Shown: piece by piece, positions 10,326 through 20,694 of the stretch | Position numbering within the stretch: position 1 is the stretch's first letter | Layout: each line of letters opens with the position of its first letter | Notes under the pieces: generated by a model | Database searches by the model: none | The model's input: the letters and a program-made list of their open reading frames with translations, nothing else | Told to the model about the DNA's origin: nothing | From: Flavobacteriales bacterium | GTDB taxonomy: Bacteria > Bacteroidota > Bacteroidia > Flavobacteriales_D > CAJJDF01 | Direction: 5' to 3' | Length of the DNA: 64,000 nt | NCBI GenBank assembly: GCA_965658995.1 | Contig: CBFHVI010000011.1 | Span: 4,230 to 68,229, forward strand | Translations under genes and position numbers: made by a program

Positions 10326-11398
10326 AGTTTAGTTGATTGTTGAAGTTGGAAAAAATCTAACACCGTGAGTGCTGCCATGGCCTCTACGATAGGAACAGCT
10401 CTCGGAACCACACATGGATCATGTCTTCCTTTAAAGTCTAATTCTACTTTTTCGCCTCTTTCGTTAAGAGAATTTTGTTTTTGCATGAGAGTTGCGACAG
10501 GTTTAAATGCGACTTTGAATTCCACAGGCATACCGTTGGAAATACCTCCTTGAATACCGCCCGAATTATTCGATTGAGTGGTGATCTTCCCATCCGTCTT
10601 TTCAAACACATCGTTATGTTCCGACCCTTTCATGGTAGCTGAATGAAAACCGGAGCCATAATCAAATCCTTTTACAGCATTGATGGATAACATTCCTTTG
10701 CCCAGCTGAGCGTGTAACTTGTCAAAAACTGGTTCACCTAATCCCGTTGGCAAATTTTCAATTACTCCTGTAACTATTCCACCAATGGTATCTCCCTGCT
10801 TTTTTATTTCAAGAATATGATCTTCCATTTCTTTGGCTCTATCCAAATCCGGACATCTTACTTTATTCTTTTCAATGTTCGAGAAATCTAGCTCTTGCCA
10901 AGATTTATCTGTAGAAATATTGCCAACAGCCGAAACGTAGGCATTAATTCTTATTCCTTGATTTTCCAGTATTTGTTTTGCGATAGCTCCCGCAACTACC
11001 CGGCAGGCAGTCTCTCGGGCTGAGGCTCTTCCTCCTCCGCGATAATCGCGAATACCGTATTTTTCTTGAGTAGTAAAATCGGCATGAGAGGGTCTGTAGT
11101 TTTCTTTCAGATGAGAGTAATCTTTTGATTTGCAGTCCTGATTTTGAATAACAAAACCAATGGGAGTTCCTAAGGTTTTCCCCTCAAAAATACCGGAAAG
11201 AAACTGAACGGTATCACTTTCTTTCCGTTGGGTGGTGATGGCTGATTGACCAGGTTTTCGTCTGTCCAATTCATATTGAATTTTATCTAAATCCAATTCA
11301 AATCCAGCTGGAACGCCTTCCAATATTCCGCCAATAGCAACTCCATGAGATTCGCCAAAAGTGGTTAGTTTTAGTATGGCTCCGAAAGTGTTGCCCAT
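10322..11398 (-). CDS. aroC: chorismate synthase
   Basis: Collinear chorismate synthase signatures ([29 protein letters not shown]). 4-nt overlap with the downstream GT4 gene. Confidence 0.95.
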   Translation of the reverse strand: MGNTFGAILKLTTFGESHGVAIGGILEGVPAGFELDLDKIQYELDRRKPGQSAITTQRKESDTVQFLSGIFEGKTLGTPIGFVIQNQDCKSKDYSHLKENYRPSHADFTTQEKYGIRDYRGGGRASARETACRVVAGAIAKQILENQGIRINAYVSAVGNISTDKSWQELDFSNIEKNKVRCPDLDRAKEMEDHILEIKKQGDTIGGIVTGVIENLPTGLGEPVFDKLHAQLGKGMLSINAVKGFDYGSGFHSATMKGSEHNDVFEKTDGKITTQSNNSGGIQGGISNGMPVEFKVAFKPVATLMQKQNSLNERGEKVELDFKGRHDPCVVPRAVPIVEAMAALTVLDFFQLQQSTKL

Positions 11399-11482
11399 TA
11401 TAAAAGTCCTTAGTAGTTAGTAATAAGTCCTGAGTAATCAATTTTAAAACTAAATTCTCAGGACTAAAATCTCGATACTTTT

Positions 11483-12442
11483 TTACCCTTCCTTAGCCGC
11501 CAAATATCTTTCGGCATCTAAGGCAGCTTGGCATCCAGTTCCGGCAGCAGTAATTGCTTGTCGGTAGGTTTTGTCAGCAGCATCACCCGACACAAATACT
11601 CCAGGAATATTAGTCAAGGAAGTTCCAGGTTTTTCGTACTTAATGTAGCCTGTTTCGTCCAGGTTTATTTGTCCTTTGAAGATATCGGTATTTGGTTTGT
11701 GACCAATGGCTACAAAAAATCCTGTCGCAGGAATTTCTTTCACTTCTCCGGTTACATTGTTTTTTACTCTTGCTCCAGTAACACCCATTCCGTCACCTAA
11801 TACTTCCTCAGTTTCGGTATTGTACAAGATTTCGATGTTTGCCGTTTTCTTTACTCTCTCTGCCATTATTTTGGAAGCTCTAAATTCGTCTCTTCTTACG
11901 AGCATAGTCACTTTTGTACATAACTTTGACAAATAGTGAGCTTCTTCGCACGCAGAATCTCCTGCTCCTACAATAATCGTTTCTTGTCCTTTGTAAAAGA
12001 ACCCATCACACACGGCACAAGCCGAAACTCCACCTCCCATTTCTAGGTATTTTTGTTCAGAAGGCAATCCCAAATATTTGGCGGAAGCTCCTGTTGAAAT
12101 AATTACGGTATCGGCATGGATTTCTTTTTCTTGATTTTCGCCAATCCATACTTTGTGGACTTCACCAGAAAAATCTACTTTGGTAACCCATCCATTTCGT
12201 ACATCAGTATCAAATCTTTCCGCCTGGGCTCTCAACTGAACCATCATTTCGGGTCCAGTTACTCCTTCTGGGTAACCCGGAAAATTCTCAACCTCGTTGG
12301 TCGTTGTTAACTGACCACCTGGCTGCATACCTTCGTACAACACGGGAGCCATATTGGCTCTTGCCGCATAAATTGCTGCCGTATATCCTGCTGGTCCTGA
12401 ACCAATTATTAAGCATTTTACTTTTTCTATTTTTTCTGACAT
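11483..12442 (-). CDS. trxB: thioredoxin-disulfide reductase
   Basis: GSGPAGYTAA FAD motif, redox-active CAVCDG, second NADPH GxGxxA motif. Confidence 0.95.
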   Translation of the reverse strand: MSEKIEKVKCLIIGSGPAGYTAAIYAARANMAPVLYEGMQPGGQLTTTNEVENFPGYPEGVTGPEMMVQLRAQAERFDTDVRNGWVTKVDFSGEVHKVWIGENQEKEIHADTVIISTGASAKYLGLPSEQKYLEMGGGVSACAVCDGFFYKGQETIIVGAGDSACEEAHYLSKLCTKVTMLVRRDEFRASKIMAERVKKTANIEILYNTETEEVLGDGMGVTGARVKNNVTGEVKEIPATGFFVAIGHKPNTDIFKGQINLDETGYIKYEKPGTSLTNIPGVFVSGDAADKTYRQAITAAGTGCQAALDAERYLAAKEG

Positions 12443-12590
12443 GGTAGTTTTATTTGTTATTTAATAGGTTAGTTGATTACCTTTAAAAAATCTTACAATT
12501 TTACTCAAAAAAATAGGGAACATCAAATCACATTACGATTATATTATAGTAGGTCAAGGATTAGCAGGAACAATCCTTCATTTTCACCTT

Positions 12591-13583
12591 TTGGAAAGGG
12601 GCAAAAAGGTTTTAATCATTGACAACAACCAAGAAAAAAACTCCTCCTTGGTAGCGGCTGGAATGTACAATCCAATTGTATTTAAGCGTGTAACCAAAGG
12701 GTGGAATGTAGATAAATACTCTCCGTATTTAAGACCTTTTTATGAGAGGATGCAAAAACTGCTGAGTACTCAATTAGATTTTCCGATTAATATTCTTCGA
12801 TTTTTTAAAAATCTCGAGCAACAGAATGATTTTTTTTCCAAAACGGAAGAAGATGGATTTTCTCAATACTTAGTATCACAATCATCTGCCAAGGTAGATC
12901 ATTTGCCGGTCAAAAACGAAGTTGGGTTTGGTGAAATTACCAAAACCGGATGGGTAAACACCGTTTCCTTGCTGACTAAATACAGAGATTTTCTAATCAA
13001 AGAAAATCAATTATTGAATGAAAAATTTAATTTTGATCAATTAGTATTTACGGACTACAAAGTGTCGTACAAAGGAATCTCAGCTGAAAAAATCTTTTTT
13101 TGCGAGGGAACACAAATGACACAAAACCCCTACTTCAACTATTTACCCTTGGTCCCCACAAAAGGAGAATTATTTACAATTAAAGCACCAGGGTTGGAAG
13201 TAGATAAGATTTTGAACAAAGGTTTCTTTTGTCTTCCTTTGGGAAATGAATTATTCAGAGTGGGCGCCACGTACAACTGGAAAGACCTTACCTACGACAC
13301 AACAGAGGCTGGCAAGAATGAACTCCTCGAAAAGCTCGAAAGTTTATTGGAATGCGAATTTGAAATTGTAGACCACCAAGCAGGGATAAGACCAACGGTG
13401 CGCGATCGAAGACCTCTTGTTGGTTTCCACCCAGACTTTCCGAGCCTTGGATTGTTTAATGGATTAGGTACAAAAGGAGTGTTGATTGCCCCTTGGCTAG
13501 CCAATCACTTTTGCGATGCGATAGAAAACAATTCCAATTTAGACAGAGAGTATGATTTGCGAAGAATAAAGAAAAGAAAATAA
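12591..13583 (+). CDS. FAD-dependent oxidoreductase (DAO/glycine oxidase-like); 5' end uncertain
   Basis: Body resembles DAO-family oxidoreductases. The in-frame sequence upstream of TTG 12591 encodes YDYIIVGQGLAGT (the FAD GxGxxG motif), but there is no ATG/GTG/TTG back to the stop at 12474. Confidence 0.7.
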   Translation: MERGKKVLIIDNNQEKNSSLVAAGMYNPIVFKRVTKGWNVDKYSPYLRPFYERMQKLLSTQLDFPINILRFFKNLEQQNDFFSKTEEDGFSQYLVSQSSAKVDHLPVKNEVGFGEITKTGWVNTVSLLTKYRDFLIKENQLLNEKFNFDQLVFTDYKVSYKGISAEKIFFCEGTQMTQNPYFNYLPLVPTKGELFTIKAPGLEVDKILNKGFFCLPLGNELFRVGATYNWKDLTYDTTEAGKNELLEKLESLLECEFEIVDHQAGIRPTVRDRRPLVGFHPDFPSLGLFNGLGTKGVLIAPWLANHFCDAIENNSNLDREYDLRRIKKRK

Positions 13584-13636
13584 AAAAGGCTTCCTGAAAT
13601 TCAAAAAGCCCTAATTTGTTTGAATGATGTTTCGAA

Positions 13637-15430
13637 TTACTTGATCGTAATCAAGTAAGGCAAACGAGCTTGTATTCTGTCTTGCCCTTGAATATTCAAT
13701 GAGCTGATTTTTCTTAACTGTCCTATAATCTCATTACTGAATGAACCGGGCTGGCTCATCACAAATTGCTCATTTTCTTCATTCTCTTGTGCAAGAGCTT
13801 TCAATATTTCTTCGGCTGCATCTTTTTTCTTTTTCGGAATATCCATAACTCTTGGCTCCGAAATATTTGCCAATTCGGCAGCGTAAGCAACTGCCTCCTC
13901 AATGCCGCCTATTTCATCTACTAAATTGATAGCCAGAGCGTCTTTTCCCGACCAAACTCTTCCCTGTCCTATACTGTCTACTTTTGATTTTGTCATCTTT
14001 CTTCCCTCAGCTACTCTCATGATAAAATCATCATAAATTCGATCCACTTCTTTTTGGATTACAGTATATTCTTCCTCTGAAAGAGGCTTTGTTAAGGACA
14101 TAATATCTGCGTGTTCGTTTGTCTTCGCTCGGTCAAAAGTAAGCCCAATTTTGTCATTCAGAAATTCCTGGGCATTTGGCACAACACCAAAAACTCCTAT
14201 AGATCCTGTGATAGTGTTTTCTTGAGCAAAAATTCGGTCTGCGTTGCAGGAAATGTAATACCCTCCAGAAGCAGCCAAATCTCCCATAGACACAACTACT
14301 TTTTTGCCTGATTTTTTGATAAGTTCTATTTCTCTCCATATCACATCTGAGGCCAATGCACTTCCTCCGGGTGAGTTAACTCTGAGCACCAACGCTTTTA
14401 TTGAATCATTGTTTCTTACCTTTCGCAGGTGAGCTACAGTAGTTTCAGAACCAATAATCTCAGCCGTTCCTTTTCCGCTTGCTATTTCTCCGTTTGCATA
14501 GACAATAGCAATGTTTTTTACTCCACTGTTTTTTACTACTAATTTATTCTTCGCATACTCCACATAGTTTCTGAGATCCACTGTTTCTAATTTTCTTTTT
14601 TTCTCTAGACTCAACTTTTCGCGCAACAAATCCTCCACTTCATCTTGATACTTTACGGCCGTGGCTAGTTTATTGTCAACTGCTTGTGTTGGACTTGAAA
14701 TTGTCATATTATCTGCCAAAGAATTTAATTCTTCCTCCGAAATACCTCTTGCCTCACTAATTTCGGTAATCCAATGATTCCAGAAGGAGTACAAATATTT
14801 TTCGGTTTGTTCTCGGTTGGCATCACTCATTTTTTCAAGAAAAAAAGGCTCTACTGCACTTTTAAATTTATTGTTACTTCCTCGAATAATTTGCATTTCT
14901 ACTCCCAATTTATCGAGCATTTGCTTGAAAAACATTTTTTCGCTGGATAATCCACTCCATTGCAAAGCGCCTGTAGGATACACATAAATCTCATCCGCCA
15001 CGGAGGCTAAATAATAACCCGCTTGCGAATAAGCTTCTGAGTAGGCAACGATGAATTTTCCTGATTCTTTAAATCTTTCTAATACATCATGAATTTCCTC
15101 GAGAGCTCCCAGACCGATAGACATAAACGATGGCTCGAGATAAATCCCTTTAATTTTATCATCTTCCCTAGCATAATCAATGGACCGCACCACATCATTC
15201 AGACCCAATACATTCACTGCTTTGAAGGAGGCCGGCTCCAATTCAAAATAACTTGTTTCGCTTATAGGTGTATCGAATTTTAGATGTAAGACTGAATTGT
15301 TCTTAACCGTAATAGGATCTGGACTAGGAAATAAGGTGGAACTGATTCCGATTACCAAGAAAAATAAAATTAATCCAAAAACGAGGTAAGCCAATCCAGA
15401 GGCTAAAAAATATTTAAAAAACTGCTTCAT
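13637..15430 (-). CDS. sppA: signal peptide peptidase SppA, 67K type (S49)
   Basis: Two tandem S49 domains with one N-terminal TM. ATG 15430 (MKQFFKYF) is preferred over TTG 15469. Confidence 0.85.
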   Translation of the reverse strand: MKQFFKYFLASGLAYLVFGLILFFLVIGISSTLFPSPDPITVKNNSVLHLKFDTPISETSYFELEPASFKAVNVLGLNDVVRSIDYAREDDKIKGIYLEPSFMSIGLGALEEIHDVLERFKESGKFIVAYSEAYSQAGYYLASVADEIYVYPTGALQWSGLSSEKMFFKQMLDKLGVEMQIIRGSNNKFKSAVEPFFLEKMSDANREQTEKYLYSFWNHWITEISEARGISEEELNSLADNMTISSPTQAVDNKLATAVKYQDEVEDLLREKLSLEKKRKLETVDLRNYVEYAKNKLVVKNSGVKNIAIVYANGEIASGKGTAEIIGSETTVAHLRKVRNNDSIKALVLRVNSPGGSALASDVIWREIELIKKSGKKVVVSMGDLAASGGYYISCNADRIFAQENTITGSIGVFGVVPNAQEFLNDKIGLTFDRAKTNEHADIMSLTKPLSEEEYTVIQKEVDRIYDDFIMRVAEGRKMTKSKVDSIGQGRVWSGKDALAINLVDEIGGIEEAVAYAAELANISEPRVMDIPKKKKDAAEEILKALAQENEENEQFVMSQPGSFSNEIIGQLRKISSLNIQGQDRIQARLPYLITIK

Positions 15431-15513
15431 TGCTAAAATTTGTTTGATTCCCTCAAAAGTAAGATTCAATTCGTTAATTTTGGAATTAATTACACAAAAG
15501 GTATGGATTTATT

Positions 15514-16029
15514 ATGAATGGACATCCAAAAGAATTACTCTTATCACTTGGAGGGAATGAACAAAACACGGAGAAATGCTTTCGAGATTCTCTGCACATG
15601 CTGTCCACGAGATTTGGAAATCCTGTTTTGCTTTCTTCTATCTACGAAACCCAACCGTGGGGATTCCAAGCTTCCACCACTCCTTTTCTAAATCAACTTG
15701 TTACGTTTCATACTGAGGAGGAAATTGAGTCAATCTTGGAATTTACTCAAGCGGTAGAAAAAATGAACGGACGAAAATCAAAATCGAGTCAAGGCCAATA
15801 CACGAACAGAACCCTAGATATTGACATCTTATGTTATGGAACGCAAGAAGTGATGACCGAAAATCTCGTTGTTCCTCATAAATTTATGCATGAACGGAAC
15901 TTTATCCTCGTGCCCTTGAAAGAAATTTTACCAAATTTTATTCATCCAACCCTAAAAAAAACATTGAAAGAATTACTTTTGTCGACCCAAGACAACTTAA
16001 CCGTATCACTTTACAAAACAACTATATAA
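15514..16029 (+). CDS. folK: 2-amino-4-hydroxy-6-hydroxymethyldihydropteridine diphosphokinase
   Basis: LGGN..., YETQPWG, LDIDIL and HP...ERNFILVPL motifs. Confidence 0.85.
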   Translation: MNGHPKELLLSLGGNEQNTEKCFRDSLHMLSTRFGNPVLLSSIYETQPWGFQASTTPFLNQLVTFHTEEEIESILEFTQAVEKMNGRKSKSSQGQYTNRTLDIDILCYGTQEVMTENLVVPHKFMHERNFILVPLKEILPNFIHPTLKKTLKELLLSTQDNLTVSLYKTTI

Positions 16030-16649
16030 TGCTCAAACAATTCACCATAATTGAAGGAAACATCGGCTCCGGAAAGACTTCATTAAGTAAATTGATTTCA
16101 AGTGAATTTGACGCGAACTTAATTTTAGAAGAATTTGAAGAAAACCCTTTTTTGTCGGACTTTTTGGAAGACCAGAAGGTAAATCCACTGGGAGTCGAAT
16201 TGCAGTTCTTAATTGACAGATTTCACCAGCTACAATCTCCCACAAACGATAAGAAACCAACAGTTGCCGATTATTTTATCGAAAAAAGCCTTGTGTTTTC
16301 TCGAAATAATTTATCAAAAATTGAAAAAGACCTCTTTGATAGTTATTACTCCGTACTTTTTGACAAAATTACCAAACCTGATTTGCTCGTTTATTTATCC
16401 GTGAATTCGAATCGACTTCTCAAAAACATAAAAAAAAGAGGGAGAAAAATTGAGCAAGATCTCACCGCTCGTTACCTTGAAAGCATACATCAATCGTATT
16501 TGGAATACCTAAAAAGTAAAACAAACGAAAGTGTGCTAATCTTGGATGTTTCGGAGTTAGATTTTGTAGAAAAGCCCGAAGACTACGCCTTGGTAAAGGA
16601 AACGATACTCAATTACAACGAAAGAAAAACTACCGAAATTATTTTTTAA
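16029..16649 (+). CDS. deoxynucleoside kinase
   Basis: IEGNIGSGKTSL P-loop and dNK-family layout. Start overlaps the folK stop (TAATG). Confidence 0.8.
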   Translation: MLKQFTIIEGNIGSGKTSLSKLISSEFDANLILEEFEENPFLSDFLEDQKVNPLGVELQFLIDRFHQLQSPTNDKKPTVADYFIEKSLVFSRNNLSKIEKDLFDSYYSVLFDKITKPDLLVYLSVNSNRLLKNIKKRGRKIEQDLTARYLESIHQSYLEYLKSKTNESVLILDVSELDFVEKPEDYALVKETILNYNERKTTEIIF

Positions 16650-16695
16650 CATAAAAATAAGTGGACTATCCTTATTCAGAGTGCCAAACAATTAG

Positions 16696-16703
16696 TAAAT
16701 TTG
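16696..16703 (+). promoter_or_regulatory. Bacteroidota-type -7 promoter box TAAATTTG
   Basis: Exact TAnnTTTG match about 35 nt upstream of ATG 16738. Confidence 0.35.
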
Positions 16704-16737
16704 TATCAGATTTATTAAACACAACCTAACTAATACA

Positions 16738-18435
16738 ATGAAAACAAAAAACTTATACGTAGCAGTTGCTACCCTTATCGCTTCAGCCATTCTTGCTAGT
16801 TGTAGTGTACTGAAAGATTTGGAATACGAAGTAAATCCTAATCCCATAGAGATGCACGGTGATAAAATGACCGTAAATATTGACGGAAAATTCATCGAAA
16901 AAGGATTGAACAAGAAAGCCTTTGTGACCTTAACCCCTACTTTGGTAAACGAAGCTGGAGAAGAATTAGAATTTGAACCTAAATCATTTAAGGGAGAAAA
17001 AGCTGCTGGAAATGGTGAGACTGTTGCAAAAGGTGGACATAGTTTTTCTTACTCAAGCACAAGAGATTACAATCCAGCCTTCGAAAACGCAAAATTAGTT
17101 GTGAAATATGTGGCTACAAAAGGAGACAAAGAAAAACTAAACGACCGAACTGAATCTATTGCTGATGCCACTGTTGTAACTCCACTTTGGTTGCAAAATG
17201 ACGACAAAGTTGCTATGGGTGAAGACAAATTGGTAAGATCTTTTGAAAAAACTACCAAAGCCGTTATCAATTATGATAAAGGAAGATCTGTAGTAAAATA
17301 CAACGAAAAGAAAGATGCAGACATCATCGCGATGAAAGATTTTATCTCAGCGGCTAACGAAAACGTCAAGTTAATTGTAAACAACATTGAGATTGTATCA
17401 TACGCATCTCCAGAAGGTGAAACTGAAAAGAACTCTAACCTAGCTGCTGACAGAGCAGAATCTGCTAGAGCATTCTTGATGAAAACAAACAAACAGTACA
17501 AACTAAACTTGACCGCAGAGCAACTAATCAAATCACCAAAAGGAGAAGATTGGGATGGTTTGAAAGAATTGATTTCAAAAAGCAATCACGAAGACAAAAA
17601 CATCATCATTGCTGTAGCAGAAATGGAAAACGATGCAGCAAAAAGAGAGCAAGAAATTAAAGCTCTTTCGACAACTTACAAATTTTTAGAAAAAGACATC
17701 TTTCCGCAATTAAGAAGATCACAAATGATTGTGAACTACACGGAAAATGGATTGACAGATGAAGAACTAAAAGCTGCTGTGGCAAACAATCCTCAATCAT
17801 TGAATGTGGAAGAAATGTTGTTTACAGCAAACACTTTGATAAGTGATGAAGACACAAAATTAGCTATCTACAGAGAAGTAATTAAAAAAGACGCTAGTGA
17901 CTGGAGAGGACATACCAATGCTGGAGTTATCTTATACAAAAAAGGGAACATCACAGAAGCAAACAACTTGTTTACAAAAGCCTTTAACTCTGAAAAAAAT
18001 GCTGTAACAAGTAACAACATGGGGGTTGTAAAAAGACAAGCGGGAGAAATTTCAGAGGCGATGGAATTATTTAACAATGCATCGGCTACAGGAGAAATTG
18101 CTTCTTACAACAAAGGATTGATCAATATCAAAAAAGGAGAATACAGCAATGCCATCTCAAACATGGGGAACGAAAGTACCTTTAACAAAGCATTGGCTCA
18201 AGTATTGAATAAAGATTATACCTCTGCTACTTCTACCTTGAACAACTCTTCGGATGCGAGTACAGCAAGAGGAATGTACCTAAAAGCAATTATTGCTGCC
18301 AGAAAAGGAAACGAAGCAGACGTGGTAGCTAACTTAACCTCTGCTATTGCAAAAGATAGTTCTCTAAGAGCAAAAGCAAAAAAAGACAGAGAATTCATCA
18401 AACATTTTGAGACTGCTGGTTTTGCAGGATTGTAA
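16738..18435 (+). CDS. lipoprotein with an OmpA-like peptidoglycan-binding signature and C-terminal TPR-like repeats
   Basis: Lipobox LASC. SYASPEGETEKNSNLAADRAESARAFL resembles the OmpA C-terminal motif. The C-terminal third has TPR-like periodicity. Confidence 0.55.
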   Translation: MKTKNLYVAVATLIASAILASCSVLKDLEYEVNPNPIEMHGDKMTVNIDGKFIEKGLNKKAFVTLTPTLVNEAGEELEFEPKSFKGEKAAGNGETVAKGGHSFSYSSTRDYNPAFENAKLVVKYVATKGDKEKLNDRTESIADATVVTPLWLQNDDKVAMGEDKLVRSFEKTTKAVINYDKGRSVVKYNEKKDADIIAMKDFISAANENVKLIVNNIEIVSYASPEGETEKNSNLAADRAESARAFLMKTNKQYKLNLTAEQLIKSPKGEDWDGLKELISKSNHEDKNIIIAVAEMENDAAKREQEIKALSTTYKFLEKDIFPQLRRSQMIVNYTENGLTDEELKAAVANNPQSLNVEEMLFTANTLISDEDTKLAIYREVIKKDASDWRGHTNAGVILYKKGNITEANNLFTKAFNSEKNAVTSNNMGVVKRQAGEISEAMELFNNASATGEIASYNKGLINIKKGEYSNAISNMGNESTFNKALAQVLNKDYTSATSTLNNSSDASTARGMYLKAIIAARKGNEADVVANLTSAIAKDSSLRAKAKKDREFIKHFETAGFAGL

Positions 18436-18460
18436 AATTTGAAAAAATAATTCATATAAC

Positions 18461-18492
18461 AACGGTAATCCAATGGGTTACCGTTTTTTTTT
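18461..18492 (+). terminator. rho-independent terminator
   Basis: 11-bp stem AACGGTAATCC/GGGTTACCGTT followed by a T9 run. Confidence 0.8.
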
Positions 18493-18535
18493 GTGCATTT
18501 TTGTATGTATCATTTAAACTCTCGTTTATTCCTCT

Positions 18536-19216
18536 ATGCAAGTTGATGTAATTATTCCCGCTTTTAACGAACAAAACTCAATAGGCTCTGTAATCAGAGA
18601 TATCCCTAAAGACTTGGTGAGAGAAATCATTGTGGTTGACAACAATTCGAGTGATGAAACCAGCATAAATGCCAAAAATGCGGGTGCCACAGTACTTAAG
18701 CAACCTGTTCAAGGATATGGAAATGCCTGTTTGAAAGGAATTGACTATGTAAAAAACAAGGAAGCAAAAGCCGATGTGCTTGTTTTCCTGGATGCTGATT
18801 ACTCTGATTTTCCGGAAGAGATGAATTTGTTACTGAACAAAATCTGGAAAGGAGCAGACATGGTTATTGGCAGCCGTGTAAAAGAAAAAAGAGAAAATGG
18901 CTCTATGACCATTCCGCAAATTTTTGGAAATTGGCTGGCTTGTAATTTAATGAAACTCATGTATGGCTATCGATACAGAGATTTGGGACCGTTTCGCGCT
19001 ATTAAATTTGAGAAACTCACTCAATTAGGAATGGTAGACCAAACCTATGGCTGGACCGTAGAAATGCAAGTAAAAGCACTCAAAGAAAAATTCAATGTAC
19101 AGCAGGTAGATGTTAGCTATCGAAAACGACTAGGTCAATCAAAAATCTCTGGAACCATAAAAGGAAGCATTTTAGCTGGCTACAAAATAATCACTACGAT
19201 ATTTAAATACAAATAA
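18536..19216 (+). CDS. glycosyltransferase family 2 (polyprenyl-phosphate sugar transferase-like)
   Basis: IIPAFNE, VVDNNSSDET and FLDADYSD motifs of GT-A family 2. Confidence 0.8.
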   Translation: MQVDVIIPAFNEQNSIGSVIRDIPKDLVREIIVVDNNSSDETSINAKNAGATVLKQPVQGYGNACLKGIDYVKNKEAKADVLVFLDADYSDFPEEMNLLLNKIWKGADMVIGSRVKEKRENGSMTIPQIFGNWLACNLMKLMYGYRYRDLGPFRAIKFEKLTQLGMVDQTYGWTVEMQVKALKEKFNVQQVDVSYRKRLGQSKISGTIKGSILAGYKIITTIFKYK

Positions 19217-19218
19217 CC

Positions 19219-20694
19219 ATGAGCTTCGCCCTAATTTTGATTTATAGCATCTTTTCACTCTTTGTTGTTTTTTACAGTATTGTACAACTCGGATTGGTTA
19301 TTTCTTACCTGCGAAATCGAAAAAAGGTATCGGAAGAGATTTCCCACTATGCTCGGCAGCCCTACTTTCCTCAAGTAACTGTCCAACTCCCTGTGTACAA
19401 CGAAATGTATGTGATAGAAAGACTGATAGAGGCAGTGGCCAATTTCAATTATCCCACAGCTAAGCTAGAAATACAAGTGCTGGATGACTCCACTGACGAA
19501 ACTGTGCAAATAATTGCCCGAAAAGTAAAAGAATTAAGAGCCTCAGGACTTGATATTTCTCAAGTCATTCGTCCCGAACGAAAAGGATTCAAAGCGGGAG
19601 CTTTAGACTTTGGTATGAACACATGCAAAGGAGAATATATTGCGATATTTGATTCCGATTTTGTGCCGACTCCCAATTTTTTGCTAGATACAATCCCCTA
19701 CTTTCAGGACGAACAGATTGGAGTAGTCCAAACTAGGTGGGAACACATCAATAAAGAATATTCGCTTCTTACACGTTTGCAAGCTTTTGCCTTGGATGCC
19801 CACTTTAGTGTAGAACAAGGTGGACGAAATTTTGCTGGACACTTTATTAATTTTAACGGAACAGCAGGCGTTTGGAGGAAACAAGCCGTCATTGACGGTG
19901 GAGGCTGGAAAGCCGATACGCTTACCGAAGACCTAGATTTGAGTTATCGCGCCCAGCTCAAAGGTTGGAAGTTTATTTTCAAAGAGGAGATTGGCGCTCC
20001 CGCTGAACTACCTGCAGAAATGAATGCCCTAAAAGCCCAACAGTTTAGATGGACAAAAGGAGCCGCAGAATGTACCGTAAAAAACTTAGGAAAAGTTGTC
20101 AAACATAAAAACTACTCATTTTGGACAAAAATTAACGCAATTTTTCACCTAATGAATAGCTTTTTATTCATTGCTATTTTTAGTATTGCAATGCTTAGTC
20201 TTCCCTTGTTTATATTGAAACAATCTCATGCTGAGTTACAATCATTTTTCAATTTAGCCACTATCTCTCTATTCAGTTTTGCGGTAATTGGCGTTCTTTA
20301 CTTTACCTCTTTTGCCAAGAGTTACACCAATAAAGGAATTGCATTCGTGCATTTCTTGTATTATTTCCCTTTATTTTTAAGCTTTTCGATGGGACTTTCG
20401 CTCCATAATTCTTTGGCGGTACTCGAAGGATATGCAGGTAAAAAATCCCCTTTTGTAAGAACCCCAAAATTTTCTTTGACCGACAAAACGGGAAATTGGA
20501 AAGGAAAAAGCTACAGCAAAATAAAAGTAAACTGGGTGACATTATTGGAGGGAATTTGTGCTCTCTATTTTGCCTTAGGCGTATATCTGTGCTTTGTGTG
20601 GAACGATTACGGCATGCTTCCTCTATTCGTTATGCTCACGCTTGGGTTTGGCGTAATTGCTGGGTATTCGCTCAAGCATTCTATGGCGAGGTGA
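19219..20694 (+). CDS. processive family 2 glycosyltransferase (cellulose synthase/CslA-like) with C-terminal TM helices
   Basis: D, DxD, TED and QxxRW motifs in order (VLDDSTD, FDSDF, LTEDLDLS, QQFRWTKGA), flanked by TM segments. Confidence 0.8.
   Translation: MSFALILIYSIFSLFVVFYSIVQLGLVISYLRNRKKVSEEISHYARQPYFPQVTVQLPVYNEMYVIERLIEAVANFNYPTAKLEIQVLDDSTDETVQIIARKVKELRASGLDISQVIRPERKGFKAGALDFGMNTCKGEYIAIFDSDFVPTPNFLLDTIPYFQDEQIGVVQTRWEHINKEYSLLTRLQAFALDAHFSVEQGGRNFAGHFINFNGTAGVWRKQAVIDGGGWKADTLTEDLDLSYRAQLKGWKFIFKEEIGAPAELPAEMNALKAQQFRWTKGAAECTVKNLGKVVKHKNYSFWTKINAIFHLMNSFLFIAIFSIAMLSLPLFILKQSHAELQSFFNLATISLFSFAVIGVLYFTSFAKSYTNKGIAFVHFLYYFPLFLSFSMGLSLHNSLAVLEGYAGKKSPFVRTPKFSLTDKTGNWKGKSYSKIKVNWVTLLEGICALYFALGVYLCFVWNDYGMLPLFVMLTLGFGVIAGYSLKHSMAR

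Noticed and set aside
11399-11482. Long-loop hairpin AGTCCTGAG...CTCAGGACT between trxB and aroC, as a possible regulatory RNA.
   Set aside because: It is a 9-bp stem with a 22-nt AT-rich loop and no U-tract. It most simply acts as a weak transcript-end or stabilising hairpin for trxB, and nothing else supports a function.
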